A DNA stretch of 64,000 nt from Macrostomum hystrix (Eukaryota > Animalia > Platyhelminthes), in contig CATNEN010000024.1 of NCBI GenBank assembly GCA_950097015.1, positions 5,022,001-5,086,000 of the forward strand, in the 5' to 3' direction. Position numbers and translations under genes: made by a program. The notes below the pieces were generated by a model that worked only from the letters and a program-made list of their open reading frames with translations, did no database searches and was not told the DNA's origin. Below are positions 47,170 through 58,907 of this stretch, one piece after another (within the stretch, counting starts at the first letter, position 1; each line of letters opens with the position of its first letter).

Positions 47170-50100
47170 CTACGAACAGCCAGGGCAGTCCTGGCAGGCC
47201 TGACAGCGGCTGACCGACTGCAGCTCCGGGTCCAGGTAGAACAGCGTGTTGACCAGCTCTGATGGGATGGCAGGTGCGAAGGTGAGGCGAGCGATGGCAC
47301 AGAAGGTGAGAGATGGCAAAGAAGGTGAGGGATGGCACAGCAGGTGAGGGATGGCACAGCAGGTGAGGGATGGCACAGCAGGTGAGGGATGGCACAGCAG
47401 GTGAGGGATGGCACAGCAGGTGAGGGATGGCACAGCAGGTGAGGGATGGCACAGCAGGTGAGGGATGGCACAGCAGGTGAGGGATGGCAAAGAAGGTGAG
47501 GGATGGCACAGCAGGTGAGGGATGGCACAGCAGGTGAGGGATGGCACAGCAGGTGAGGGATGGCACAGCAGGTGAGGGATGGCACAGCAGGTGAGGGATG
47601 GCACAGCAGGTGAGGGATGGCAAAGAAGGTGAGGGATGGCACAGCAGGTGAGGGATGGCACAGCAGGTGAGGGATGACACAGCAGGTGAGGGATGGCACA
47701 GCAGGTGAGGGATGGCACAGCAGGTGAGGGATGACACAGCAGGTGAGGGATGACACAGCAGGTGAGGGATGGCACAGCAGGTGAGGGATGGCACAGCAGG
47801 TGAGGGATGGCACAGCAGGGGAGGGATGGCACAGCAGGTGAGGGATGGCACAGCAGGGGAGGGATGGCACAGCAGGTGAGGGATGGCACAGCAGGTGAGG
47901 GATGGCACAGCAGGTGAGGGATGACACAGCAGGTGAGGGATGGCACAGCAGGTGAGGGATGGCACAGCAGGTGAGGGATGGCACAGCAGGTGAGGGATGG
48001 CACAGCAGGGGAGGGATGGCACAGCAGGTGAGGCATGGTAGACCAATCAGCTCACCTGGCTGGTAGTACTTTTGCAGAGTGATCTTCTGCGGCTGCACAT
48101 TCAGCACTGGAATGTCACGTCTCCAGGCGGAGGTCACGCAGACCTCATTATCCGTTAGCTGGAAGGATCATGAATCGGCTGTGTTGGTATTTGAAGAGTC
48201 AGAAAGCAATGCTCGATTCAACTCACCTCGTTGAAGTAGAAGACGAGCTCTTGCGGTCCAGCTTCCACGAGCTGCAGGCCGGAGGCTCCGCCGACTCCCG
48301 TGAAGTCCTCGGGCGCGAAGCCGCTGGGACTGCCGATTCGCAGGATGTACATGCCAGCAGGTCCGGAGGCGCGGACGCACACGCTGAAGGCGAAGGCGGC
48401 TCCGTTCGAGACCTTCGGAGCAGCGCCGAGTCGAAGGCCGAGCCCGGACGCCTCGGTCCAGTTGGCGACGAGCTGGCGGTCCTGCGGGTCGCGCAGGTTG
48501 AACTGCCAAGCGACGGTGGCCAGCACGAGGCCGCTGCCGTTGGCGCTGACGTTGACGGAAGAGAAGCCATTGGCGGCGTCTCCGCGAGCGAGCAGACGAC
48601 GGCGAAGGACTCGACGATCGGCAGGCTCGATGCCGACGACGATCGGTTTGGAGCCAGTGGCGGAGGTCGGGATGTGGACTGTGGCGCGGGTTCGCGAAGA
48701 CGCTCCCGTGGCTTCAGCGAAGGCGGCGATGGCGCGGATGCCGACCACGGTGCTCTGCGTGTTGGAGAAGCCGCCGCTGCTGGTCTGTCGGCCAGTCAGC
48801 CAGCGGAGTGCCGGCAGTGCGGCCTCGGTGGCAGCTTCGGGCCGCTCGTGAGCCAACATTGCCGCAAGCACTCCGTAGGCGGTGACCTCTTCGGAGGGCT
48901 GACGGGAATCCTGCATGGTCAGATTAAATATTCGAAAAAACTAGTTTTCCTATCCTTATAGCTATTTATAGTTGCTATTCTTGGCCATAGATCCAGAAAA
49001 TCGATGCCTCACCCTCGAAATCCAATACGGGGACATATTTTCGACCTTCCAGTACTTCAAGTCATCTTCAGTCTCAGCTCGCTCATTGAAGGCCGCGAAG
49101 ATGCTGTTGGCAAGGCTGACAGAAATGCCGCTGTTGAAGCCTGAGCGCCGGACATGGAGCAGAAAGTAGGCGGATAGCGCGAGGTCGCGGGTGTCGAAGT
49201 CTGCACGCCGCGAGCTGAACTCCACGTTAAAGAGGTGGACGCAGCGGCTTAGCGCGTCAGAGAGAGACTGCAACTGCTGATCGACTTTTTCAAAGCCTGG
49301 CAGCTTCGTGACCGCTTCTCGGACGTCGACAAGCGCGGCGCAGATAAAGGCGGACATGCCGAGTGGCGCTTTGCCAGATTCACCTTGAAGGCCGCTATCC
49401 AGCAGTCGGGCGCCCTCCGGCTCCGTGAATCGGCCAGACGCGTCCTGGCGGCTCAGCAGGAACTTCAACGAGCTGCCAGTCACCGCGGCCGGATCAACCG
49501 CGATGAACTCGGCTGCCTGGGCGTAGGAGCTCAGCACGAAGGCGGTCAGCCAGACGCTGCCGTCCGAGTCGGAGTTGCCGAAGGCGCTGTACGAGCCGTC
49601 GTCTCGGCGGAAGGTCAGCTCTCGCTGGTAGCCAGTCCGCATGGCGTCCATCGCCTTCTGGCGAAGCTGGGCGGTGCCGGCGTCGCCTAGGTCCGAGCGC
49701 AGGTAGCGGTAGATGGCGATCGCGGGCGCGAAGTCGACCATGTTCTGCTCGCCGCATCCGTGCGGCGTCCTTACCAGACCGCCTATGCCGTCCATGGCAG
49801 GTCCGAGGACGTCACCGACGACCGCCACTGACAGCAGCTGGGAGCCGGGCACCAGGGTCGAGCCGTCCGCCTGCGTGGCCTTCGGCCAGTCGATCTTCAG
49901 CTCGGCGTTGCGAGCTTCCGCCTCGTCGACAGAAGATTTGCTACCGACGGAGCCGCGAAGGCTGAGCAGAGCGGTGCGGGCGCGTTGAACAGTGCGGCCC
50001 TCAGGAAGCACCGGCAGTGTCCTGATCACTTCGTCCACCTCGACGCGACCGTCGGGCCAGGTGGCTCTGATTGATTGAAATTGTGTCTTCGATAGCTTCC

Positions 50101-53100
50101 AAGACTCTGCTGAGTTGAGCATGAACTCAAATCCCGCCTGGACTCCACAGATCCAGCCCTCCTGCCTTCTCACCTGGCTCGCACAGTCACTGCGGCCGCC
50201 TCGGCCACTCGCTTCGAACGGAGGCTGAAGACCCCCAGACCTACGCCGTTGGCCTCGACGTTGACCTCGACGCTGTTGGCGGGCGCCGTCGACTGTCCGC
50301 TCGTTAGCGCCGTCAGCTCGAAGTCCTCCTGGTCAAGCGTCAGCGTGACGGTAGCTGTCAGACCGCTGGCGGAGTCATAGTTGAACAGCAGCAGCCGCAG
50401 CAGCAGTGACTCGCCGCGGATCATCGAGTGCGGCAGTGTCGGCTGCACGAAGAAGCTCTTGAAGGTGGTCACCTGGAATGGACGCTGCACAGTCTGGATG
50501 GCGCGCTTGCTCGAGACACCGAAGGCCGTAACGTCCCAGCTGGTGATCGTGTCCGGCAGTCGCAGGACCTCGCTGGCTCGTCCGGAGGCGCTGCGGATGG
50601 TGGGGTGACGGAGTTCAGAGACTGTGGTCTCAAATTCGAGTCGGTCGGAGGGCTTACTCAGTCTCAACCATTGTCCACAGCATTGTCTCAGGGAAGTATG
50701 ACCTCGTCTGAGACTTCTCCGGTTGCTTCGGGGGCGTTTCTCGGGTGTCAACAGCCGGTGGCGGTTGTGGTTGCGGCGCGGCTGCCAGCAGCAGTCCCAC
50801 GTTCTCTTCAAATAATGGAAAGTCTGGCTTCCACCTTGGACAGGACAGGCCATTGTCTGAAATAGTATTTTAGTTTCATTGTTTGAGTTTATAGTTTACT
50901 TTGAATCAGCACATGGACTACCAGGAGAAGAAGAACGGGAAATGTTTTTATAAGAAAAATATAAAAAATGCTTTTTTTACCGTTTCTGCACAGATTTTGT
51001 GACTGTGTATGATTGAATAAAGGCCTATTCTTTGTTATTTGTTTTCTGCCTCATAGCAGAAAATTCTTCCATGGTTCTTCTCTCCGTGACCCATCGCTTG
51101 CCTAAGCACTACCCCGTGCCATCGGTCAGTGGGACACTTTTCAGTGACATTCAGTGACTTTACCTTCGTTATAGAATCCATCGGTTAGTAGCTGCAGTCC
51201 GATGTGCTGAAAGGTGTGGTAGATTAAGGCTCAGGTTTGGCATTTAGCATTTTTGTATTGACTCATTGAAGGTAGTCAAGTAAGTGCTACCTGCAGTATG
51301 TTGCTGGTCGAGTAGGACTGCAGTCGGCAACTTCTGCCGAAGTCCTGATGCATGAAGCGTGGAAGATCGCCAGCTTTGAGCTTGTCGGCCACGGTGGACT
51401 CCAGGAGGTCCTGGCCGGTGCGGATGAGGTTGACGCTTGCGTCGATGCCAGTCAGGAAGACAAAGCTGTGCGGCTCGCCGCTGACGTCGATGCTGGCGCC
51501 AGCCTGCGGCTCCGCGGTGTCGTTGGTCAGGTTGCTGCTAAGCTTCAGCTGCGGGCGGAGGCCGGAGGCGATTGGATCGGTGAGAACTCACGATCTGAGC
51601 ACTGGTGTGTCTTGTGCAACTCAAGCAGTAGATGCAGTGAGCACATGAGCAGCAGTGGATGCAGTGAGCACATGAGCAGCAGTGGATGCAGTGAGCACAT
51701 GAGAAGCAGTGGATGCAGTGAGCACATGAGAAGCAGTGGATGCAGTGAGCACATGAGCAGCAGCGGATGCAGTGAGCACATGAGAAGCAGTGGATGCAGT
51801 GAGCACATGAGAAGCAGTGGATGCAGTGAGCACATGAGAAGCAGTGGATGCAGTGAGCACATGGGAAGCAGTGGATGCAGTGAGCACTTGAGAAGCAGCG
51901 GATGCAGTGAGCACATGAGAAGCAGCGGATGCAGTGAGCACATGAGAAGCAGTGGATGCAGTGAGCACATGGGAAGCAGTGGATGCAGTGAGCACATGAG
52001 CAGCAGCGGATGCAGTGAGCACATGAGAAGCAGTGGATGCAGTGAGCACATGAGAAGCAGTGGATGCAGTGAGCACATGAGAAGCAGTGGATGCAGTGAG
52101 CACATGGGAAGCAGTGGATGCAGTGAGCACTTGAGAAGCAGCGGATGCAGTGAGCACATGAGAAGCAGCGGATGCAGTGAGCACATGAGAAGCAGTGGAT
52201 GCAGTGAGCACATGGGAAGCAGTGGATGCAGTGAGCACTTGAGAAGCAGCGGATGCAGTGAGCACATGAGAAGCAGCGGATGCAGTGAGCACATGAGAAG
52301 CAGCGGATGCAGTGAGCACATGAGAAGCAGCGGATGCAGTGAGCACATGAGAAGCAGCGGATGCAGTGAGCACATGGGAAGCAGCGGATGCAGTGAGCAC
52401 ATGAGAAGCAGCGGATGCAGTGAGCACATGAGAAGCAGCGGATGCAGGGAGCACATGGGAAGCAGCGGATGCAGTGAGCACATGAGCAGCAGCGGATGCA
52501 GTGAGCACATGGGAAGCAGCGGATGCAGTGAGCACATGAGCAGCAGCGGATGCAGTGATCACATGAGAAGCAGCGGATGCAGTGAGCACATGAGCAGCAG
52601 CGGATGCAGTGAGCACATGGGAAGCAGCGGATGCAGTGAGCACATGAGCAGCAGCGGATGCAGTGATCACATGAGAAGCAGCGGATGCAGTGAGCACATG
52701 AGAAGCAGCGGATGCAGTGAGCACATGAGAAGCAGCGGATGCAGTGAGCACATGAGAAGCAGTGGATGCAGTGAGCACATGAGAAGCAGCGGATGCAGTG
52801 AGCACATGAGCAGCAGCGGATGCAGTGAGCACATGAGAAGCAGCGGATGCAGTGAGCACATGAGCAGCAGCGGATGCAGTGAGCACATGAGAAGCAGCGG
52901 ATGCAGTGAGCACATGAGAAGCAGCGGATGCAGTGAGCACATGAGAAGCAGTGGATGCAGTGAGCACATGAGAAGCAGCGGATGCAGTGAGCACATGAGC
53001 AGCAGCGGATGCAGTGAGCACATGAGAAGCAGCGGATGCAGTGAGCACATGGGAAGCAGCGGATGCAGTGAGCACATGAGCAGCAGCGGATGCAGTGAGC

Positions 53101-56100
53101 ACATGAGCAGCAGTGGATGCAGTGAGCACATGAGAAGCAGTGGATGCAGTGAGCACATGAGCAGCAGTGAATGCAGTGAGCACATGAGAAGCAGTGGATG
53201 CAGTGAGCACATGAGAAGCAGTGGATGCAGTGAGCACATGAGCAGCAGCGGATGCAGTGAGCACATGAGAAGCAGCGGATGCAGTGAGCACATGAGAAGC
53301 AGCGGATGCAGTGAGCACATGAGAAGCAGTGGATGCAGTGAGCACATGAGAAGCAGCGGATGCAGTGAGCACATGAGCAGCAGTGGATGCAGTGAGCACA
53401 TGAGAAGCAGCGGATGCAGTGAGCACATGGGAAGCAGCGGATGCAGTGAGCACATGAGCAGCAGCGGATGCAGTGAGCACATGAGCAGCAGTGGATGCAG
53501 TGAGCACATGAGAAGCAGTGGATGCAGTGAGCACATGAGCAGCAGTGAATGCAGTGAGCACATGAGAAGCAGTGGATGCAGTGAGCACATGAGAAGCAGT
53601 GGATGCAGTGAGCACATGAGCAGCAGTGGATGCAGTGAGCACATGAGCAGCAGTGAATGCAGTGAGCACATGAGAAGCAGTGGATGCAGTGAGCACATGA
53701 GAAGCAGTGGATGCAGTGAGCACATGAGCAGCAGTGAATGCAGTGAGCACATGAGCAGCAGTGGATGCAGTGAGCACATGAGAAGCAGCGGATGCAGTGA
53801 GCACATGAGAAGCAGTGGATGCAGTGAGCACATGAGCAGCAGTGAATGCAGTGAGCACATGAGAAGCAGTGGATGCAGTGAGCACATGGGAAGCAGTGAA
53901 TGCAGTGAGCACACAAGAAGCTGCTCACCTTCCCGCTGACACTGGGCAGCGAGTGCTCAGCGTAGGAGGCCACGATCTCTCCGCTGTCCGCGATGCCGAA
54001 GGTGACAGCTGAGAAGCTGCGGATGAAGTCCTGAATGTGCTCAGCGCTGAGTAGCACGGATGTGTGTTCCTGGCTGTCCAGCTTGCTCCAGTTGCGGATC
54101 TGGTCCTGCGACACGATCTGCGGGGGGTTGGGCGACTGCACGTGGAGACAGCGCAATCTTTGGAGTGAGAGACATGACTGGAGTGACAGGCATGACTGGA
54201 GTGACAGGCATGACTGGAGTGACAGGTATGACTGGAGTGACAGGCATGACTGGAGTGACAGGCATGACTGGAGTGACAGGCATGACTGGAGTGACAGGCA
54301 TGACTGCAGTGACAGGCATGACTGCAGTGACAGGCATGACTGGAGTGACAGGCATGACTGGAGTGACAGGCATGACTGGAGTGACAGGATGAAGTGAATC
54401 CAAATACAAGGTTTATTCGGTAATTACCACAGAAAAGGCCACCTTGATGCCTCTAGACTGTCTAGTGTCCACCTGCAGGAATTAAATTATTTATTTTTTT
54501 TGTTGTTGCTTGGACTTTTAGATATTTTATCTTTTCTACTCGTAGATGCCCGAATAAGGAAATGGCGAAATTCTCGCATAGTTCTCACCCGAATTCCGTT
54601 ATTCTCTGACTGTAGGCCGGTTGTGACAAAGGCGTTAGTAACTGCCATGAATGGAACAACACTGACTGATGCCTCGGAACCAACTGAGTCCAACAATTTT
54701 GCCTGCGGGTGAGTGATTTCATCTCATTTATCTGCTGCGACTTTCTTATCTTTTGTTTTATTTGTTTGTGAGTGTGTGCTCAGGAGTCAGCGGAATTGGC
54801 AGAATTGCCTCCTCGCTGGCTGCGGGTCTGGTGTCACCAAATGTGTGGCACCATCCCCAGTCCACGGACTGAACAGCTGCTGTACACAGCCTTTGGAAGC
54901 GGCGCTGGCTGTACCACTGGCTGCACATGTGGCCCAACAATTTCTATCTATTTTTTCTCTACGGTCAAGAACCTTGAACGTGATGACATCGAAGTCCGCA
55001 TAGTCGGGCACAGTGACCAGCAGGCTTTGCTCGGCACCGCTGGTTGACTGGTTGAGGCTGCCGTTGAACAGCTCCAGACTGCGCGGCTTGTTGTGCTGCT
55101 TGAACTCCATCCAGAGCCGGACGTCGGCTGGTGGACCGCTGGTGATCGCAGCACCGTTGGGTCGCTGGACCAGCAGCTGCGGGCGAAGCGGTTGAGAGAG
55201 GCAGGATTGTAGGATTGTAGGATTTTAGGATTGTGGGATTGAGGGATTGTAGTACTGGATTATTGTACGATTGAATGATATTGCAGGATAGTAGGATTTC
55301 AGGATGTTATGATTGCAGGATGGTAGGATTTCAGGATGTTAGGATTGCAGGATGGTATAGGATTGCAGGATGGTAGGATTGCAGGATTAGGATTGCAGGA
55401 TGGTAGGATATCAGGATGGTAGGATATCAGGATGGTAGGATTGCAGGATGGTAGGATTGAAGTATTGTGGGATTTGAGGATTCTGGTTTCGTAGAAAACA
55501 GTTTAGCAATAAATGCCACATATTTATAAGCAGCTGACCTTGACAGGCAGCTGTATGCCGGGCAGGAAGAACAGAACGCCGGGAAGTTCCACTGTAATTC
55601 TGTGCCTGACTTCGTAGATCTTAAACGCGGCCTCAGCATTCTTCACAATGCCTACAAGTTAAGCAGTAATGAGTCAATCTTGTGAACTCAACAGTGACGA
55701 TTTAAAGATTGACTTGTAGAGTCAAGTTAAATCGAGCACCAACCTTCTTGACATAAGTAATAAGTAATTTGATCAGCTCACCGCTAAACTTCTCCGCGAA
55801 TCGAACCTCCACCTTCGCATCGTAGGTATCGCCCGCATTGAAGTTGAACTGTGTCTGATTGGCCCTCTGTGCTAGAACTGCTCGCCACTCGTCCATTGGG
55901 AAGGTGAAGACCACTCGGTCGCGACTCATCTCGATGTTGAAGCGCTTCAGCACACTGCTCTTATCGCCGCACCAATGACACGAATTTTTGAGTTCAATGT
56001 TCGCCTGCAGCAGGCCGTGCACCGACTGCCTGTAGGTATACCTCACAGCCACCGTCACGTTGAACCCGGCGTCGTCCACGTGAACAAAGTCCGGCGTCGT

Positions 56101-58059
56101 CAGGTCGACGGTGAACTTCGGAAGGGTGTAGCGCTCGACAGAGAAGCTCTTGGACTCGCGCTGGCCGCGGCTGCCGCTCACCTCGATGCGCCAGGAGCCG
56201 AGGAGGGGCGGGTCGGCCAGCTCGAACTGGCCCCGCATCACCGCCTGGGAGGCGTTGAGCAGCTCCGACGGCACCTCGTGGAGGAACCGGTCCACCAGGT
56301 TTCCCTGGGCATCCTGCGGGCATCGAAGAGTCGAGGACGCGTCAGGAACCGTCAAGGACCATCAGGAATGCGGCTTCAACAGTCTCGGGAAAGCTGGTCA
56401 GATGACCAGGTGACCAGACTCAATGAGGTCCAATGGAACACACAGCTGGTCACTCACCTTGATCAGCACGGTGAGGTTGGTCACCCCAGTCCAATGGAAC
56501 ACACAGCTGGTCACTCACCTTGATCAGCACGGTGAGGTTGGTCACCCCAGTCCAATGGAACACACAGCTGGTCACTCACCTTGATCAGCACGGTGAGGTT
56601 GGTCACCCCAGTCCAATGGAACACACAGCTGGTCACTCACCTTGATCAGCACGGTGAGGTTGGTCACCCCAGTCCAATGGAACACACAGCTGGTCACTCA
56701 CCTTGATCAGCACGGTGAGGTTGGTTGCCACGGGCCGCAGCGAGTCGTTGAGGCAGAGCACGCGGAACTTGACAGTCTGGCCTGGCTGGTACAGGGCCTT
56801 GTCCGTCTGCACGAAGGTCAGGAGCCGGGGCTTCTGAACTCGGACGAACGCGGTGCTGCGGTAGACTGTCCCGCCCGAGGCTGTGAGCTCCACACTGAGA
56901 TTGTAGCTACCAGGCTTATTGGTTTCCACCTGTTCAATGCAAATTTTTATTAAAAGAAAAGCTTACTTGGAGAAACAGGCGGGGAACACAGAATCTGAGG
57001 AATATTTCCTTGCATTTACTTTTTCCACGTGGTTTTTTTAAACATAAAAACGCACGCGCACGTAAAACTCTAATTTAGATGCGTGAACTCACGTCAGCTT
57101 TCAGTGTTGGCGAAAGAGTCAGAAAGTCTGGAATTGAAACATTGAAAACGACTGCGTGAGCTTAAAGATATGAACAAAATGCAATAAAATGCACACCTTC
57201 TTTGACTAGACATTGACTAATTCGACACAAATTTTAATGAGATTTGGGCAGTGTGATGAGACACAAACGTGATGAGACACACAACCGTGTTGAGTCACAC
57301 ACAGCGTGATGAGACACACACAGCGTGATGAGACACAGCGTGATGAGACACACAGCGTGATGAGACACACACAGCGTGATGAGACACACACAGCGTGATG
57401 AGACACAGCGTGATGAGACACACAATCATGATGAGACACACAGACTTGATGTGACACACAAACGTGATGCGAGACAGAAACGTGATGAGGCACACAGCGT
57501 GATGTCAACACCAAGAGCCATTCACCAACTCCGCCACCGCTGCCGCTTGTCCAGGAGTCCTCGGCGCCAAAAGTTCGATCGTCATTTGCCATGTTCAGGG
57601 GTGACAAACTGGCTCTAGCGGAGCTGATCGTCTCGCCAGTGAGAAGGGCGCAGCTGACGGTGACGGGAGAGCCCAGACGGCCGGTCTGTGGCACCAGGAT
57701 CATGTACCGCCTGTCCAGGACAATTTATAGTTCATATCGAATTTTTTGCACTCTTATTTATGCTTTGTTATTTATATCGCCTTTCTTCGAATTTTCCATG
57801 GTAAATTTAAATTTAACCTTTTTATTTAAACTTACAGTTTTGAATTTTAAACAAAAAATCAGCACTTAATTGCATTGCACATTCAAATAAATAAACAAAA
57901 AAATATATGAATATAAATATTTATCAAATTATAAATTAATTAATAAGCCACTTACAGGTTGCCAAGACGCTGATGAGTCCGGCTCACTGGTTCTGGAGCA
58001 GCATCGACCCATCTACAGCAAATGAGTGACAGCAATGCTATAAGTTGCAGAAACAGCAT
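47170..58059 (-). CDS. TEP: Thioester-containing protein B (CD109/A2M/iTEP family), secreted, 17 exons, about 1516 aa
   Basis: Exons 58059-57956, 57710-57526, 57127-57093, 56929-56702, 56313-55782, 55651-55539, 55176-54973, 54702-54589, 54117-53929, 51548-51291, 51206-51164, 50856-50658, 50590-50174, 50066-49013, 48910-48227, 48158-48056, 47258-47170. Total 4551 nt in frame. Signal peptide [20 protein letters not shown]; GCGEQ thioester; intron positions and phases identical to TEP-A. Confidence 0.92.
47283..48035. repeat. 19-bp minisatellite (about 40 copies), last intron of TEP-B
   Basis: Reverse complement of the 43600-45140 unit. Confidence 0.97.
51628..53915. repeat. 27-bp minisatellite (about 85 copies), TEP-B intron 9
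   Basis: (GGATGCAGTGAGCACATGAGAAGCAGC)n; stop-free in several frames. Confidence 0.97.
54172..54387. repeat. 18-bp minisatellite (about 12 copies), TEP-B intron 8
   Basis: (ACTGGAGTGACAGGCATG)n. Confidence 0.95.
55200..55465. repeat. Degenerate 8/16-bp repeat (GTAGGATTGCAGGATG)n, TEP-B intron 6
   Basis: Imperfect direct repeats. Confidence 0.8.
56430..56722 (-). repeat. 61-bp tandem repeat duplicating the exon 4 / intron 4 junction of TEP-B (five AAG|GTGAGT donors)
   Basis: cactcacctt recurs at 56451, 56512, 56573, 56634 and 56695. Confidence 0.95.
57250..57500. repeat. 15-19 bp repeat (TGATGAGACACACAGCG)n, TEP-B intron 2
   Basis: Imperfect direct repeats. Confidence 0.85.
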
Positions 58060-58907
58060 TAGGCTGCGCTAGCTTTGAAATCGTGCTTTACTTTAAGATC
58101 GAAGGTTTCAACTTGGACAAGTAGAAAGCCTAGCAGATTTTGTAAATGTTTTTATAGTCATTGTACCATATATTCCACATTAATAAATGCAACGTGCCAT
58201 TCATTCCTGTCCCATCAACTCACTAGTCTGAGTGTATTACGATTTACTGTACTGAATCATGCAGCCGCGCATTTCGTTGCCGTTGCTATATCTGAACGAT
58301 ACTATGGTAAAAATGCCAAGACGCGTAATCGAACGGACAAAAAGTTATGCGCTGAAAACATACACTTAGTTAATTTGTTTTTACCTTGATTTTTAATTGG
58401 CTTTGATTGCGCCATAAAGCACGGTGCTCAAGCTATTATATAAGCATAAGACACGAAACAAACTAGAAACTGTTTGCCTTTCAAGAATTCTCAAATTGCG
58501 TGATTGATTGCACAAAAATGTGGCTCCAAAAAAAATTTATTCAAATATATATATATATATATATGTTTACATCGAAACTACATACGGGAGCTATTAAATT
58601 GAAGTCATAAATGCCCTGTGCTGATTGCATGTGATCAATTTTTTTGTGTTTTTCCACAAATCAGCCCGATAAGAGCTGCCCCAGCGTCTGTCGCGGCAAA
58701 GCAAAGCAACTAAAATTAAGAACGGGAGCTAATAGACAGGCACGATTTGTACAACACAGCTTTTAGTGTGATTACCCACGTCGAGCTTTTGTTTCGTGTG
58801 TAAATTAAACATACAAGCATTAAATAATTTCTCCATCCATCAATTTTTACTGTTATTCTAGACCAGCGTGTGGTTTGACACCAGCGTAGTGGTGAACCAA
58901 GGAACTA

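Noticed and set aside
51348-54156. 763-872 aa ORFs resembling a metallothionein or zinc-binding repeat protein
   Set aside because: They lie within TEP-B intron 9, bounded by good GT and AG sites. The paralogous intron has only about 7 units, and retention ends in a stop. Kept only as a low-probability isoform.
57970-57990. CTGATGAGTCC hammerhead-like start
   Set aside because: No GGAC-GAAA follows, and it is the antisense of TEP-B coding exon 1.
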